Positions 1 to 9,293 of a stretch of DNA of 32,000 bases are shown here, piece after piece. Source of the stretch: Mycoplasma mycoides subsp. capri (GTDB taxonomy: Bacteria; Bacillota_I; Bacilli_A; Mycoplasmatales; Mycoplasmataceae); NCBI RefSeq assembly GCF_018389705.1, contig NZ_CP065581.1, forward strand, positions 450,001 to 482,000. Reading direction: 5' to 3'. The notes under the pieces were generated by a model. It did not search any database. It saw only the letters and a program-made list of their open reading frames with translations, and was not told the DNA's origin. Position 1 is the first letter of the stretch. Each line of letters opens with the position of its first letter. Position numbers and translations under genes: made by a program.

Positions 1-813
1 TGTATTAGTGTTAATAATCAAATTATTACTAATAATAATTTTGTAGTTAAACCAAATTCTGAAATCACAATTACTATAAAAGATCCTATTTTAGATCCAA
101 ATTTAGTTAAAAATGATGAGATTGATTTAGATATTATTTATCAAGATGATGATTTATTAGTGATTAATAAACAAAATAATATTACAGTTCATCCAAGTTT
201 AAATAATACAAATAATACAATTGTTAATGCTTTATTAGCAAGTGATGTTGAACTTTCATCAATTAATGGTGAACTACGCCCTGGAATTGTGCATAGAATT
301 GATAAACAAACAACAGGTTTATTAATTGTTGCAAAAAATGATAAAACTCATAAATTATTAAGTGAAATGTTTAAAAATCATCAAATTTATAAAGAATATT
401 TAGCAATTGTCACTGGAGTAATTAAACCAAATAAAGGTTTAATTGATGCTCCAATTGGTAGAAGTCAAATTGATCGTAAAAAAATGAGTGTAACAGCTAA
501 AAATTCAAAACAAGCGATTACAACTTTTGAAGTAGTTGAACGATTTTTAAAAAATACTTTAGTTAAATGTCAGATTCAAACTGGAAGAACTCATCAAATT
601 AGAGTACATTTTAACTATATTAATCACCCCGTTTTAAATGATCCAGTTTATGGTAAAAAACACCAAGAATTTACTGATTTTGGTCAATATCTTCATGCTT
701 ATAAATTAAAGTTTACTCATCCAATTACAAAAAAAGAAATTGAATTAATATCACCTCTTCCTAAAGAATTTGATGATAAAATTAAAGAATTAAGGGGTGA
801 AAATAATGACTAA
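1..813 (+). CDS. rluD: RluA-family 23S rRNA pseudouridine synthase (RluD-like), 5' end outside window
   Basis: Frame 1 is open from nt 1. Catalytic motif HRIDKQTTGLLIVAKN and downstream GRTHQIRVH are present. Stop TAA at 811-813. Confidence 0.9.
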   Translation, partial: CISVNNQIITNNNFVVKPNSEITITIKDPILDPNLVKNDEIDLDIIYQDDDLLVINKQNNITVHPSLNNTNNTIVNALLASDVELSSINGELRPGIVHRIDKQTTGLLIVAKNDKTHKLLSEMFKNHQIYKEYLAIVTGVIKPNKGLIDAPIGRSQIDRKKMSVTAKNSKQAITTFEVVERFLKNTLVKCQIQTGRTHQIRVHFNYINHPVLNDPVYGKKHQEFTDFGQYLHAYKLKFTHPITKKEIELISPLPKEFDDKIKELRGENND

Positions 814-2107
814 TTCTTCTACTAGTGATAAAAAGACTTTAGAAAACTTTTTTATTAAGAACTTTAAGTATAAGTTATTAAAATCTAAAGTTAATTCTAG
901 TGTAAGTTATTTATATAGTTCTAATGAAAAACACCAAGTGATTATTTTAAATTTTGATAATAGTATTTCATTTGAAAAAGAAAAAGAATATATTATTAAA
1001 AAAGTTGAAAAACAAATAAAAAAACCTGTGAGTGTTTTTCATATTGTAATTGATAATGATAATCAACTAACTACAAAATCTAATTTAATTGTTTTACACT
1101 CTTCAATACAAACTCTAGCTACTGATTTAGAGCCATATTTTAAAAATACTAATTTATTAGTTTTTAATCACACAATTGATAATGAACTAAAAGATGATAA
1201 ACAACCTAGTGAAGAAACTAATAATAAATTATTTACAAGCTTTTTAGAAAACGTTAAAAATAATAAAATTACATTTTCTTGAGCAGTATTATTAATTCTA
1301 ATTTTAATTCCTAGTATGTTACAAATTGTTGGGTATTTTATTTTAGAAACTAATCCAAACAGTAAAAATGTTTTAATTTTAGCTTTTGGTGGAACTAATT
1401 GAAATTTAACAATTGTTGGAAAACAGTGATGAAGAATCTTTACTTATGGAATTGCTCCAATTAAACAAAATGGATTAATTGTTGATATTTTAAGTTTATT
1501 AATTTTAGGAACTAGTTTTTTTAGCATTTCAAAAATTACTGAAATCCAATTAGCAAATACTAAAAAACTAATTTTAGTTACAATATTAAGTTATTTAATT
1601 TTAGGATTATTTTCAAGTAGTGTCTTACCAACAATTTATACTGGTGGACTAATTAGTACAATGGGAATATTTATTGGTGTTTTACTAATTGATGTTTCTG
1701 GTTCAACTACTCCTATGGCTAAATTTAGTCAAGCTAAAACTGTAGTTTATATTTTAATTTTAATTGGATTTTCATTCTTTTTAGGTGATGGTTGAACTGG
1801 GTTATTAATTACTGGAACAGCTGTTATATTAGGAAGTGCTTTTTGAGGAATATTAAAAGTTAATATAAAAGAATGAGCTTGAATTCAATATGTTCATATT
1901 TTTTTAATCTTAGCAATTTTAGCTATTAGTTTAACTTTTATTTTCTTACCTCATCTAACTCCTGCTTTAGATCAACATATCTTAATAACTCTTTCAACTT
2001 ATTATAAAAAAGGTTGATTTAGTATTAATAGTTTAAATAAAATAGTGAATAATATCGGTTGAGATGGTCAATTTAATCAATTTGGAAAGTTTATTACTAA
2101 TTTTTAG
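806..2107 (+). CDS. Polytopic membrane protein, rhomboid-like (WWR motif), with ~150-aa soluble N-terminal domain
   Basis: SD AAGGGGTG followed by ATG at 806, giving an ATGACTAA overlap with the rluD stop. I checked the frame codon by codon to TAG 2105-2107; it contains 9 in-frame TGA. At least 6 hydrophobic segments; motif QWWRIFTYGIAP at 1424-1459. Confidence 0.75.
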
Positions 2108-2109
2108 AT

Positions 2110-2592
2110 ATGAGTAAAAGATTAGATTATTTATCTTGACAACACTATTTTATGTTAATAGCAAAAGCTAGTGCTATGAGAAGTAAAGATCCAAATACTC
2201 AAGTTGGAGCTATTGTTGTTAATGAATTACAACAAATTGTAGCAACTGGATATAATGGTTTTCCACGTGGAGTGAGTGATGATGAGTTTCCATGATCAAA
2301 AAATAATGAAGATTGATTAGAAAACAAATATGCTTATGTTGCTCATGCTGAATTAAATGCAATTGTAAGTAGTAGATCTGATTTAAGTAATTGTGATTTA
2401 TATGTTACTTTATTTCCATGTAATGAATGTGCTAAGATCATTATTCAAGCTGGAATTAAAAGAATATATTATGCAAATGATCCATATCATGATAAAAAAG
2501 AATTTATAGCGTCAAAAAAAATGTTAGATGCTGTTAATATTAAATATATAAAATTACCAGATATTGAAATTAGTCTTAAAGTAAAAGATTAA
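2110..2592 (+). CDS. comEB: dCMP deaminase (cytidine/deoxycytidylate deaminase zinc-binding family)
   Basis: HAELNA ... PCNECAK zinc motifs. Three in-frame TGA read as Trp. ATG lies 2 nt after the upstream stop. Confidence 0.88.
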
Positions 2593-2632
2593 TTTTTATA
2601 TCTTTTTTATTGAAAAGAAAGCATTGTTATTT

Positions 2633-3712
2633 ATGAAAAAACTATTATTTTTACTATCAAATAGTGTGCTATTTTGCTTAGGTGCATTATTAATTTATAA
2701 TTTAAATTTTCAAAATAATAGTAATAATATTGTTTTAAAACAAGAAAATAAACAAGAAACTGACTTAAGTAAAATATTTAATGATCAAACATATATATCA
2801 ATTAAAAACAAAGATCAAAATATTGATTCACAAGTTTTAGAAGCTTTAAAATTAAAGTATGAAGGTATTGATTATTCTTTATTAACTATTAATGTTGAAG
2901 TTAGTGATAATGATAGAATAGATGTTTTAATAACACCTAAACATGGTGAAAGCAAATATACTAATAAATCAAAAATCCCTTGTTATATAAAAAAAGATTT
3001 AAGTGTTATTTTAAAAGATAATAATGATTTAGGTGAAATTCCAATTAATAATGTTGATGAAATAAAAAAACATATCAAAAATAAAGACTTATTAAAAACT
3101 AGTTTTAATGATATTGATTTTTATATAACTAATATTAGAGAAGATAGTGTAAAAATTTCAGCAACTAGAATTGGAGATTTTGTTGGAGAAGCTTTTCTTA
3201 AATTTAATGCTAAACAAAAAATTTTAAGTTCAGCTATTTATAAACCTGTTTTAGAATTAAAAAATCTAGAAAAAGATTTTATAGTGAATATATTAAAAGA
3301 TACCTATTCATCTTTAAGAAATGAAAATCTAGATATAACTATTGATCAAGAAAAAAGAAAAATAATAGTTAAAACTATTGATAGTTCTCAGTTTGTAGGA
3401 ACTGTTACTTTAAAATTTAATATAACTAAATCAATAACAAATAAACCAGTTGAACCCAAAACAACAATTATTGACTCTAATTCAACTAATTTAAAAACAG
3501 AATCTAAAAAATCAGAAGATAAAAGTGACAATAATTTTATAAAAAATAACAATACTTTAATTTCTATTCCAAATAAAGACTCAATTAAAAATAATAAGAA
3601 TTTAAATTCATCAAATAAAGTTACTGGTGTTATAATAGGTTCAGCTTTAGGGGTTGTTGTGTTAATTGGTATTAGTGTTGGATCTTGATTTTATTTTAAA
3701 AAGCGAAAATAA
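2633..3712 (+). CDS. Surface protein with N-terminal signal/anchor and C-terminal TM plus basic tail; internal repeated ...FVG..(F/T)LKFN... modules
   Basis: Continuous ORF (the track starts it at TTG 2624; ATG at 2633). One TGA at 3686, then FYFKKRK and a stop. The C-terminal hydrophobic stretch is VTGVIIGSALGVVVLIGISVG. No convincing lipobox. Confidence 0.7.
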
Positions 3713-3731
3713 ATAAATAATAGGTAATATT

Positions 3732-4064
3732 ATGATTAATAATGTTGGTATAGATATAGTTGAAAATAAAAGAATTAAACTAAAAAAAGAATTTATTATT
3801 AAAGTGTTATCAACAAATGAAATTCAAACATTTAATACTAAAACTAAAAAACAAAAAAAAGAATTTTTAGCTGGACGTTGAGCTGTTAAAGAAGCGATTA
3901 TTAAAACTTTAGATCAAGCGATTAGTATGAATAAAATAGATATTGAATATGTTAATCAAAAACCTGTAATTCAAAATAAGGAATTACAAAATATCTTAAT
4001 TTCTATTTCTCATGAAAAAAAGTATGCTATTGGAATTGCACTAAAACAATCTGATAACAAATAA
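3732..4064 (+). CDS. acpS: Holo-[acyl-carrier-protein] synthase
   Basis: GIDIVE N-terminus, LAGRWAVKEA (TGA=Trp) and SISHE motifs. 110 aa. Confidence 0.85.
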
Positions 4065-4112
4065 GATATAAATTAAAACATTTTCTAATAAGCAAATAAA
4101 TATGTATATAAG

Positions 4113-4170
4113 AGAATATTCTAGTAAAATAATTGATGATAAAATTATTTATAGAGTATTCTTTTATTTT
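4113..4170 (+). terminator. Putative intrinsic terminator after acpS (long imperfect hairpin plus T-rich tail)
   Basis: AGAATATTCTAGTAAAATAATT pairs with AATTATTTATAGAGTATTCT and is followed by TTTTATTTT. Confidence 0.45.
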
Positions 4171-4220
4171 ATAAATCTGAGTAAATAAAGATTAAGATAA
4201 AATAGCATTTAATAGAAAGA

Positions 4221-5027
4221 ATGAATAAAATGAATCAAGTTAATAGTATGCAAGAACCAATATCACAAAACAACAAAGAACAAGAAAAAAAAATTAAAGA
4301 TCATATTCATGTTAATCATTGAAAAATGTTATTTATGTGATTGCCTTTATTACATATTAAATTTAAAGCAGCAAAAATTGTAAGAAAAAATAAAAAACAA
4401 CCAGATAGATATACTGAAGAATATAGATATAATTGAGTTAAAAAAGCTGTTAGCAAGTTATTATATGTTTTAGATGTCAATATAAAAGTAGAAGGTATTG
4501 AAAATTGAATTGATAAAGGAGTAATTTTAGCTGCTAATCATCAATCAAATATTGATCCAGCTATTTTATTTGCTATTAATGATTTTTCAAAACAACAACC
4601 TTTAGCTTTTATTGCAAAAGAAGAGCTTTGAACAAGTAAAAAATTTAAAAATTTTGTTAGATTAATTGACTGTATACCTTTAAATAGAAAAAGTCCTAGA
4701 AGCGCTTTAGAAGCATTTAAAGAAGCAAAAGATTTAATTGTTGATTACAAACGTTCTTTAGTAATTTTTCCAGAAGGTACTAGAAGTCATTCTCAACAAA
4801 TGAATAGTTTTCAAGCAGCTTCATTAAAAGTTGCACAAATGTCTCATGCTCCTATTATTCCTGTTTCAATTATTAATTCATATCAAGTATTTGCTGAAAA
4901 AAGACCTAAAAAAGTTGAAGTTAAAGTGGTTTTTGGTAAACCTATTTCACCAAATAAACATATTTCTTTAAAAACTGAAGATCTAACTAGATTTGTTGAA
5001 AAAATTGTTGATACAAATCTAAAATAA
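4221..5027 (+). CDS. plsC: 1-acyl-sn-glycerol-3-phosphate acyltransferase
   Basis: NHQSNID (HX4D) and FPEGTR acyltransferase motifs. Frame checked from ATG 4221 (a TAG lies upstream in frame) through 6 TGA codons to TAA 5025-5027. Confidence 0.9.
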
Positions 5028-5153
5028 TGAGAAAACAAAGAAATGAAATATGAGTTAAGAAAATTAACTAAAAAAGATATTAAACAACTTAAAGAAGAAG
5101 AAAAAAAACAAAATTCTAAAAAACAAGAAAAAAAATCAATTAAAGATCTATTT

Positions 5154-5187
5154 AAAATTGTTGATTAATCAACAATTTTGTTATTTT
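5154..5187 (+). terminator. Putative intrinsic terminator
   Basis: Perfect 13-bp arms AAAATTGTTGATT/AATCAACAATTTT followed by GTTATTTT. Confidence 0.5.
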
Positions 5188-5217
5188 ATAATTTAATATT
5201 AGAAAAGAAGTGATTTT

Positions 5218-5841
5218 ATGAAACTAAATGATAAGTTAAAGAATTTTTTTAATAATATTAAATCTTATTTTACAACTAAAGAAAAAATTATTGTTAAAAA
5301 CAAACCTAAACCAATAGAAACTAAAACTGAAAATAATAACAATAATTTAGATAATAATTCTCAATTCCATCATGATATTTCTAATAATAAAGAATATATT
5401 GATAAAAGAGCTACATTAGATTCTCAAAATGAATTTATATTAAAAGTAATCTCAAATAAAGCTGAATTTTTAGAACAATTAGTAGATATTAAAAATACTT
5501 TTAAGCATTGTGAAGATTGTTTGGATATTTATAAAAAAAATCTTGATGATATGAAATTAAAGATTTTAAGATTAAAAAAACATATTGATAATAATTATGG
5601 TTTTTTAGGTGATGAAAAAGAATATCAAAACTATGTTTTTATAGATGATGTTCAAACTTATTCGCAAACTGATGAATCAGCTGGATTAAAATTAGTACAT
5701 AAATTAGAAGATCATTTTAATAAATATTCTAATTATGATATTGATTATTTTATTCCTTGTAATAAGCATAAAGACTTAATTGATAAATACAAAATACTAT
5801 CAATTAAAATCAAAGATTTAGACAAAATCATTTCAAATTAA
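5218..5841 (+). CDS. Hypothetical protein (207 aa, no signal peptide, N/K/D-rich)
   Basis: Uninterrupted ORF with a purine-rich SD-like stretch (AGAAAAGAAGTG) upstream. No motif recognised. Confidence 0.65.
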   Translation: MKLNDKLKNFFNNIKSYFTTKEKIIVKNKPKPIETKTENNNNNLDNNSQFHHDISNNKEYIDKRATLDSQNEFILKVISNKAEFLEQLVDIKNTFKHCEDCLDIYKKNLDDMKLKILRLKKHIDNNYGFLGDEKEYQNYVFIDDVQTYSQTDESAGLKLVHKLEDHFNKYSNYDIDYFIPCNKHKDLIDKYKILSIKIKDLDKIISN

Positions 5842-5902
5842 TTACTGATCTTTTCTTAAATTCGCACTTCTATTAAAAAAAATTCATTTTTTATGTAAAC
5901 TA

Positions 5903-5930
5903 TTGAAATATGTTATAAATGATATAAAAT
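5903..5930 (+). promoter_or_regulatory. Putative promoter of the tRNA cluster
   Basis: TTGAAA (5903-5908), 16-nt spacer, TAAAAT (5925-5930), about 38 nt upstream of the first tRNA. Confidence 0.45.
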
Positions 5931-5967
5931 TATTTGTGTCTTGTGTTAGAGGAAGCGAATTTATCTT

Positions 5968-6043
5968 GCTGACTTAGCTCAGTTGGTAGAGCAATTGACT
6001 AGTAATCAATAGGTCGAAGGTTCAAATCCTTTAGTCAGCACCA
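5968..6043 (+). tRNA. tRNA-Thr, anticodon AGT (A at wobble position 34)
   Basis: Cloverleaf folded by hand: acceptor GCTGACT/AGTCAGC, anticodon stem ATTGA/TCAAT, loop CTAGTAA, T-loop TTCAAAT, encoded CCA. Confidence 0.9.
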
Positions 6044-6049
6044 GTTATT

Positions 6050-6133
6050 GGAGGGGTAGCGAAGTGGCTAAACGCGGGTGGCTGTAACCCACTTCCTTAC
6101 GGTTCGGGGGTTCGAATCCCTCCCCCTCCACCA
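6050..6133 (+). tRNA. tRNA-Tyr (GTA), long variable arm
   Basis: Acceptor GGAGGGG/CCCCTCC, anticodon loop CTGTAAC, T-loop TTCGAAT, encoded CCA. Confidence 0.9.
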
Positions 6134-6138
6134 TTTAT

Positions 6139-6213
6139 TGGGCTATAGCCAAGCGGTAAGGCAAGGGACTTTGACTCCCTCATGCGCCGGTTCGAATCCT
6201 GCTAGCCCAACCA
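6139..6213 (+). tRNA. tRNA-Gln (TTG)
   Basis: Acceptor TGGGCTA/TAGCCCA, anticodon stem AGGGA/TCCCT, loop CTTTGAC, encoded CCA. Confidence 0.9.
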
Positions 6214-6217
6214 TCTT

Positions 6218-6293
<76 letters not shown>

Positions 6294-6303
6294 TTTCTAT
6301 TTT

Positions 6304-6392
6304 CCCCAAGTGGCGGAATAGGTAGACGCATTGGACTTAAAATCCAACGGGCTTAATATCCTGTGCCGGTTCAAGTCCGGCCTTGGGGACCA
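6304..6392 (+). tRNA. tRNA-Leu (TAA), long variable arm
   Basis: Acceptor CCCCAAG/CTTGGGG, anticodon loop CTTAAAA, T-loop TTCAAGT, encoded CCA. Confidence 0.9.
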
Positions 6393-6403
6393 TATTTGAA
6401 ATT

Positions 6404-6433
6404 AAACATGTCTTAAAAAGACATGTTTTTTTG
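6404..6433 (+). terminator. Intrinsic terminator of the tRNA cluster
   Basis: 10-bp perfect stem AAACATGTCT/AGACATGTTT with a 5-nt loop, running into a T7 tract. Confidence 0.75.
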
Positions 6434-6454
6434 TATTTGACAACTATTTTTAGA

Positions 6455-6480
6455 TAAAAAAAATGAACTTAAAAGTTCAT
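6455..6480 (-). terminator. Intrinsic terminator of the minus-strand lipoprotein gene
   Basis: ATGAACTT/AAGTTCAT stem. On the minus strand it is followed by a T8 run and lies just 3' of the TAA TAA stops. Confidence 0.6.
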
Positions 6481-6483
6481 TTA

Positions 6484-7548
6484 TTATTTTGCAGGAGCTG
6501 GAGCGGGAGCGGCTGGAGCAGGAGTAGGAGTTGGCGTAGGTTGTGGTGCTGGTGCTGGACTTGGAGTAGGTTTTTCTTCTTTTGCCTTTTCTTTTTCGTC
6601 TTTATTATTCTTTTTATCGTCTTTTTTATTTTCTACTTTATCTGTTCCTTGGTATTTTCATTCAGTTTTAGGAGTAATCATTGGATCTGAATCTTGTAAA
6701 AGTTTAACTACATCATACATTTCAATAGCTTGTTTTAAATAGCTTATTCATTGATCATAAGTATTTTTTCTAATATCTGAACCATTAGGATAATTATCTA
6801 TTGTTTTAGTAGCGTTTTTTTGATCTTGTTTACTAAAAGTTTCAAAACCACTTACAATTCCATAAAACATCTTATCTCTTAAAACTAAAAATATTGGTCC
6901 TTTTAGATTTTTAACTTTATCTTGTAATTTTTCTACTTTTTCAGTTACTGTATTATCATTTTTATTAAAACTTGAACTAGTTTCACCATAAAATGCTTTA
7001 GCTCAGTTTTTAACAAGATATTCATTTAGTATTTTAGAAGTTAAACCTTTAGTTCATATTTCATCATCTGAATCATATTTAAAGTTTTTAATCACAACAT
7101 CATTTGTCATGTTTTTAAAGATTTGTTTAGAATTTGATGAAGTCTTTTGATCAATTATTCATCTTTCTTTTTTAGTTTTACTGTTTTTGTCTTTTTTAAC
7201 CTCAACATCATTTAAAACTTTTGTGTGATTATTTGTACTATTTCAGCTTAAATTACTTTTAAATTTATAAATAAAACTTGTAGCATCATTTGTACTAGTT
7301 TCATTAATATTTTTAATAGCTTGTTCTAATGAATTAGTTTTAGTTAATTCTTCTAATCCTTGTTCAAATGATTTTGCTGATTTATTATCACTAGCTCCTA
7401 AATAAAGGATCATAGTTTTATTTTCAGATTGATTAATTAGGTTTTCAAATTCTTGAAATTGTTTATCTGTTGTTTTACAACTTATAGCAAAACTAGCACT
7501 TGTTGTAATAACAAAACTGCAAGCTAATAACGATAGAAGTTTTTTCAT
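6484..7548 (-). CDS. Lipoprotein (354 aa) with Pro/Thr/Ala-rich C-terminal tail
   Basis: MKKLLSLLACSFVITTSASFAISC signal peptide with lipobox; SD AAGGAG. I verified the frame line by line through 7 TGA codons to a double TAA. The C-terminus is KPTPSPAPAPQPTPTPTPAPAAPAPAPAK. Confidence 0.85.
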
Positions 7549-7643
7549 TGTAATACTCCTTTGTCTACAAAAATAATTTTACTATAATTCATTTAATTTT
7601 TAGTTTTAAATTAGGATATAAAATTAATAAACTCTTAAAAAAC

Positions 7644-7672
7644 TTGAAAACCTGTTTTGAAATTGGTAATAT
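7644..7672 (+). promoter_or_regulatory. Promoter of rpmG
   Basis: TTGAAA (7644-7649), 17-nt spacer, TAATAT (7667-7672) preceded by TGG (extended -10 like). Confidence 0.6.
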
Positions 7673-7720
7673 TTTATAAGTGTTATAAAAGTTTGATATG
7701 TGTGAAAGGTGGTAGTTAAG

Positions 7721-7864
7721 ATGCGTGAAAAATACATTTTACGTTGTACAGTTTGTAAAAATGAAAACTACATCGGTAAGAATGATAAAAAGAAACCTAA
7801 AATAGAAGTTTCTAAATACTGCAGTAATTGTAATAAACATGAAACCCACAAGCAAAAAAAATAG
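7721..7864 (+). CDS. rpmG: 50S ribosomal protein L33 (zinc-ribbon form)
   Basis: 47 aa, CTVC ... CSNC ... HKQKK. SD GAAAGGTGG upstream. Confidence 0.85.
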   Translation: MREKYILRCTVCKNENYIGKNDKKKPKIEVSKYCSNCNKHETHKQKK

Positions 7865-7884
7865 TCTTATGACTATTTTTTTAT
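7861..7884 (+). terminator. Intrinsic terminator after rpmG
   Basis: ATAGTC-TTAT-GACTAT stem-loop followed by T7. The stop codon lies inside the stem. Confidence 0.6.
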
Positions 7885-7923
7885 TTATTCAATTTAAAAT
7901 AAAAATAAGGATTTTAAAATTTT

Positions 7924-8811
7924 ATGATTATTCAAAAAACTTATAAAAATAACAAACCAACAGTTTATTTAATTACAACTCCAATAGGAAATTTAGAAGA
8001 TATTAGTTTAAGAGCAATTCAAACTTTAAAACAAGTTGATGTTATTTGTTGTGAAGATACAAGAACTAGTAAAGTTTTACTAGATAAATATCAGATTACT
8101 AATAATTTATTATCACTACATAAATTTAATGAAAATTTAAGAATTGAACAAATTATTAATTTATTAAATCAAAATAAAAATATTGCAATTATAAGTGATG
8201 CCGGTGTTCCTATTATTAGTGATCCTGCAAGTTATATTATTAATCAATTAAAAGAATTAGAAATTAATTGTAATATTACAGCAATTGGAGCTGGATCTGC
8301 TTATATTCATGCTTTAATTTCTAGTGGCTTTTTAATTGATAGTCATTATTTTTATGGGTTTTTAAAAAATAAAAATAAAATTAGTAAACAAAATGAATTA
8401 AATCAATTAATTAATCAGTATGGTGATTCAATTATTTGTTTGTATGAATCAGTACATCGTTTAAAAGATACTATTACTTGTTTAAATCAGTTATTAGATA
8501 AAAATCATAAAATAGTTATAGCTAAAGAATTAACTAAAATTAATGAAGAAATAATTTATGGATCTATTGATCAAATTAATCAATATATTAATAGTGAAGA
8601 ATTTGTTTTAAAAGGTGAATTTGTAATAGTAATTAATAAAAAAATAAATAACAAAACTACTACTTATTCAGATATACAATTAATAGATTTAATTGATCAA
8701 GAAATTAAAAATGGTTATAAATTAAAACAAGCTTGTGAAATTATTAATTTAAAAACTAAAATTTCAAAAAATGTTTTATATAAACTGTATACTTTTAAAA
8801 AAAAATTCTAA
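7924..8811 (+). CDS. rsmI: 16S rRNA (cytidine1402-2'-O)-methyltransferase
   Basis: N-terminus LYLITTPIGNLEDISLRAIQTLKQVDVICCEDTRTSKVLL is typical of RsmI. 295 aa uninterrupted ORF. Confidence 0.9.
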   Translation: MIIQKTYKNNKPTVYLITTPIGNLEDISLRAIQTLKQVDVICCEDTRTSKVLLDKYQITNNLLSLHKFNENLRIEQIINLLNQNKNIAIISDAGVPIISDPASYIINQLKELEINCNITAIGAGSAYIHALISSGFLIDSHYFYGFLKNKNKISKQNELNQLINQYGDSIICLYESVHRLKDTITCLNQLLDKNHKIVIAKELTKINEEIIYGSIDQINQYINSEEFVLKGEFVIVINKKINNKTTTYSDIQLIDLIDQEIKNGYKLKQACEIINLKTKISKNVLYKLYTFKKKF

Positions 8812-8833
8812 TACCTTAATAGGAGGTATTATT

Positions 8834-9235
8834 ATGAAAGAAATTAATTTAGAAAATACAAAAGAAATTATTGGTGGAGCTGGAGTTAGTGGAGCATTAA
8901 TTAATGGAATTGCTAAAGTTGTTGAATCAGGATTTGAAGGAGTAAGTAATCTTATAACTGATATTGCAAGCGTTGGTTTTGCTTTTTATCAAGCTAGTAA
9001 AAATCCAATAAAAGCTGAATATAAAATCGGAAATAATAGTTTTAAAATTGATAATACAAAACTAGTTGATTTAAAAATTCAACAAGCTAAAGCTCAAGAA
9101 ATTAAAATTCCAGTTTTAGAAATCGGAAATAATAAAAACAATATTAAAATTAATTATAATGATGCTTATAATAATGATGAACAGATAAGTAATATTTATA
9201 ATGATTTTGATCAAAACATTAGTATTTTTAATTAA
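8834..9235 (+). CDS. Small protein with double-glycine-type leader (MKEINLENTKEIIGG) and Gly/Ala-rich hydrophobic segment; bacteriocin-like precursor candidate
   Basis: Strong SD TAGGAGGT lies 6 nt before ATG 8834; the track's 8771 start overlaps rsmI and lacks an SD. The GG codons are at 8873-8878. Confidence 0.6.
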   Translation: MKEINLENTKEIIGGAGVSGALINGIAKVVESGFEGVSNLITDIASVGFAFYQASKNPIKAEYKIGNNSFKIDNTKLVDLKIQQAKAQEIKIPVLEIGNNKNNIKINYNDAYNNDEQISNIYNDFDQNISIFN

Positions 9236-9258
9236 TTAAAAGCTTTTTAGTAGTTATC

Positions 9259-9287
9259 TTGTTTTATTAAGTTTGTTATAGTAATAT
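9259..9287 (+). promoter_or_regulatory. Promoter of the rplU-prp-rpmA operon
   Basis: TTGTTT (9259-9264), 17-nt spacer, TAATAT (9282-9287). Confidence 0.5.
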
Positions 9288-9293
9288 ATAAAT

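Noticed and set aside
6463-6690. 75-aa plus-strand ORF (MNLKVHLLFCRSWSGSGWSRSRSW...)
   Set aside because: It is the antisense reading of the Pro/Thr/Ala-rich tail of the minus-strand lipoprotein gene. Its start lies inside a terminator hairpin, it has no SD, and its W/R/C composition is implausible for this genome.
8771-8833. Upstream extension of the GG-leader ORF proposed by the track (MFYINCILLKKNSNTLIGGII...)
   Set aside because: It overlaps the 3' end of rsmI in another frame and has no SD. The strong TAGGAGGT sits just before ATG 8834.
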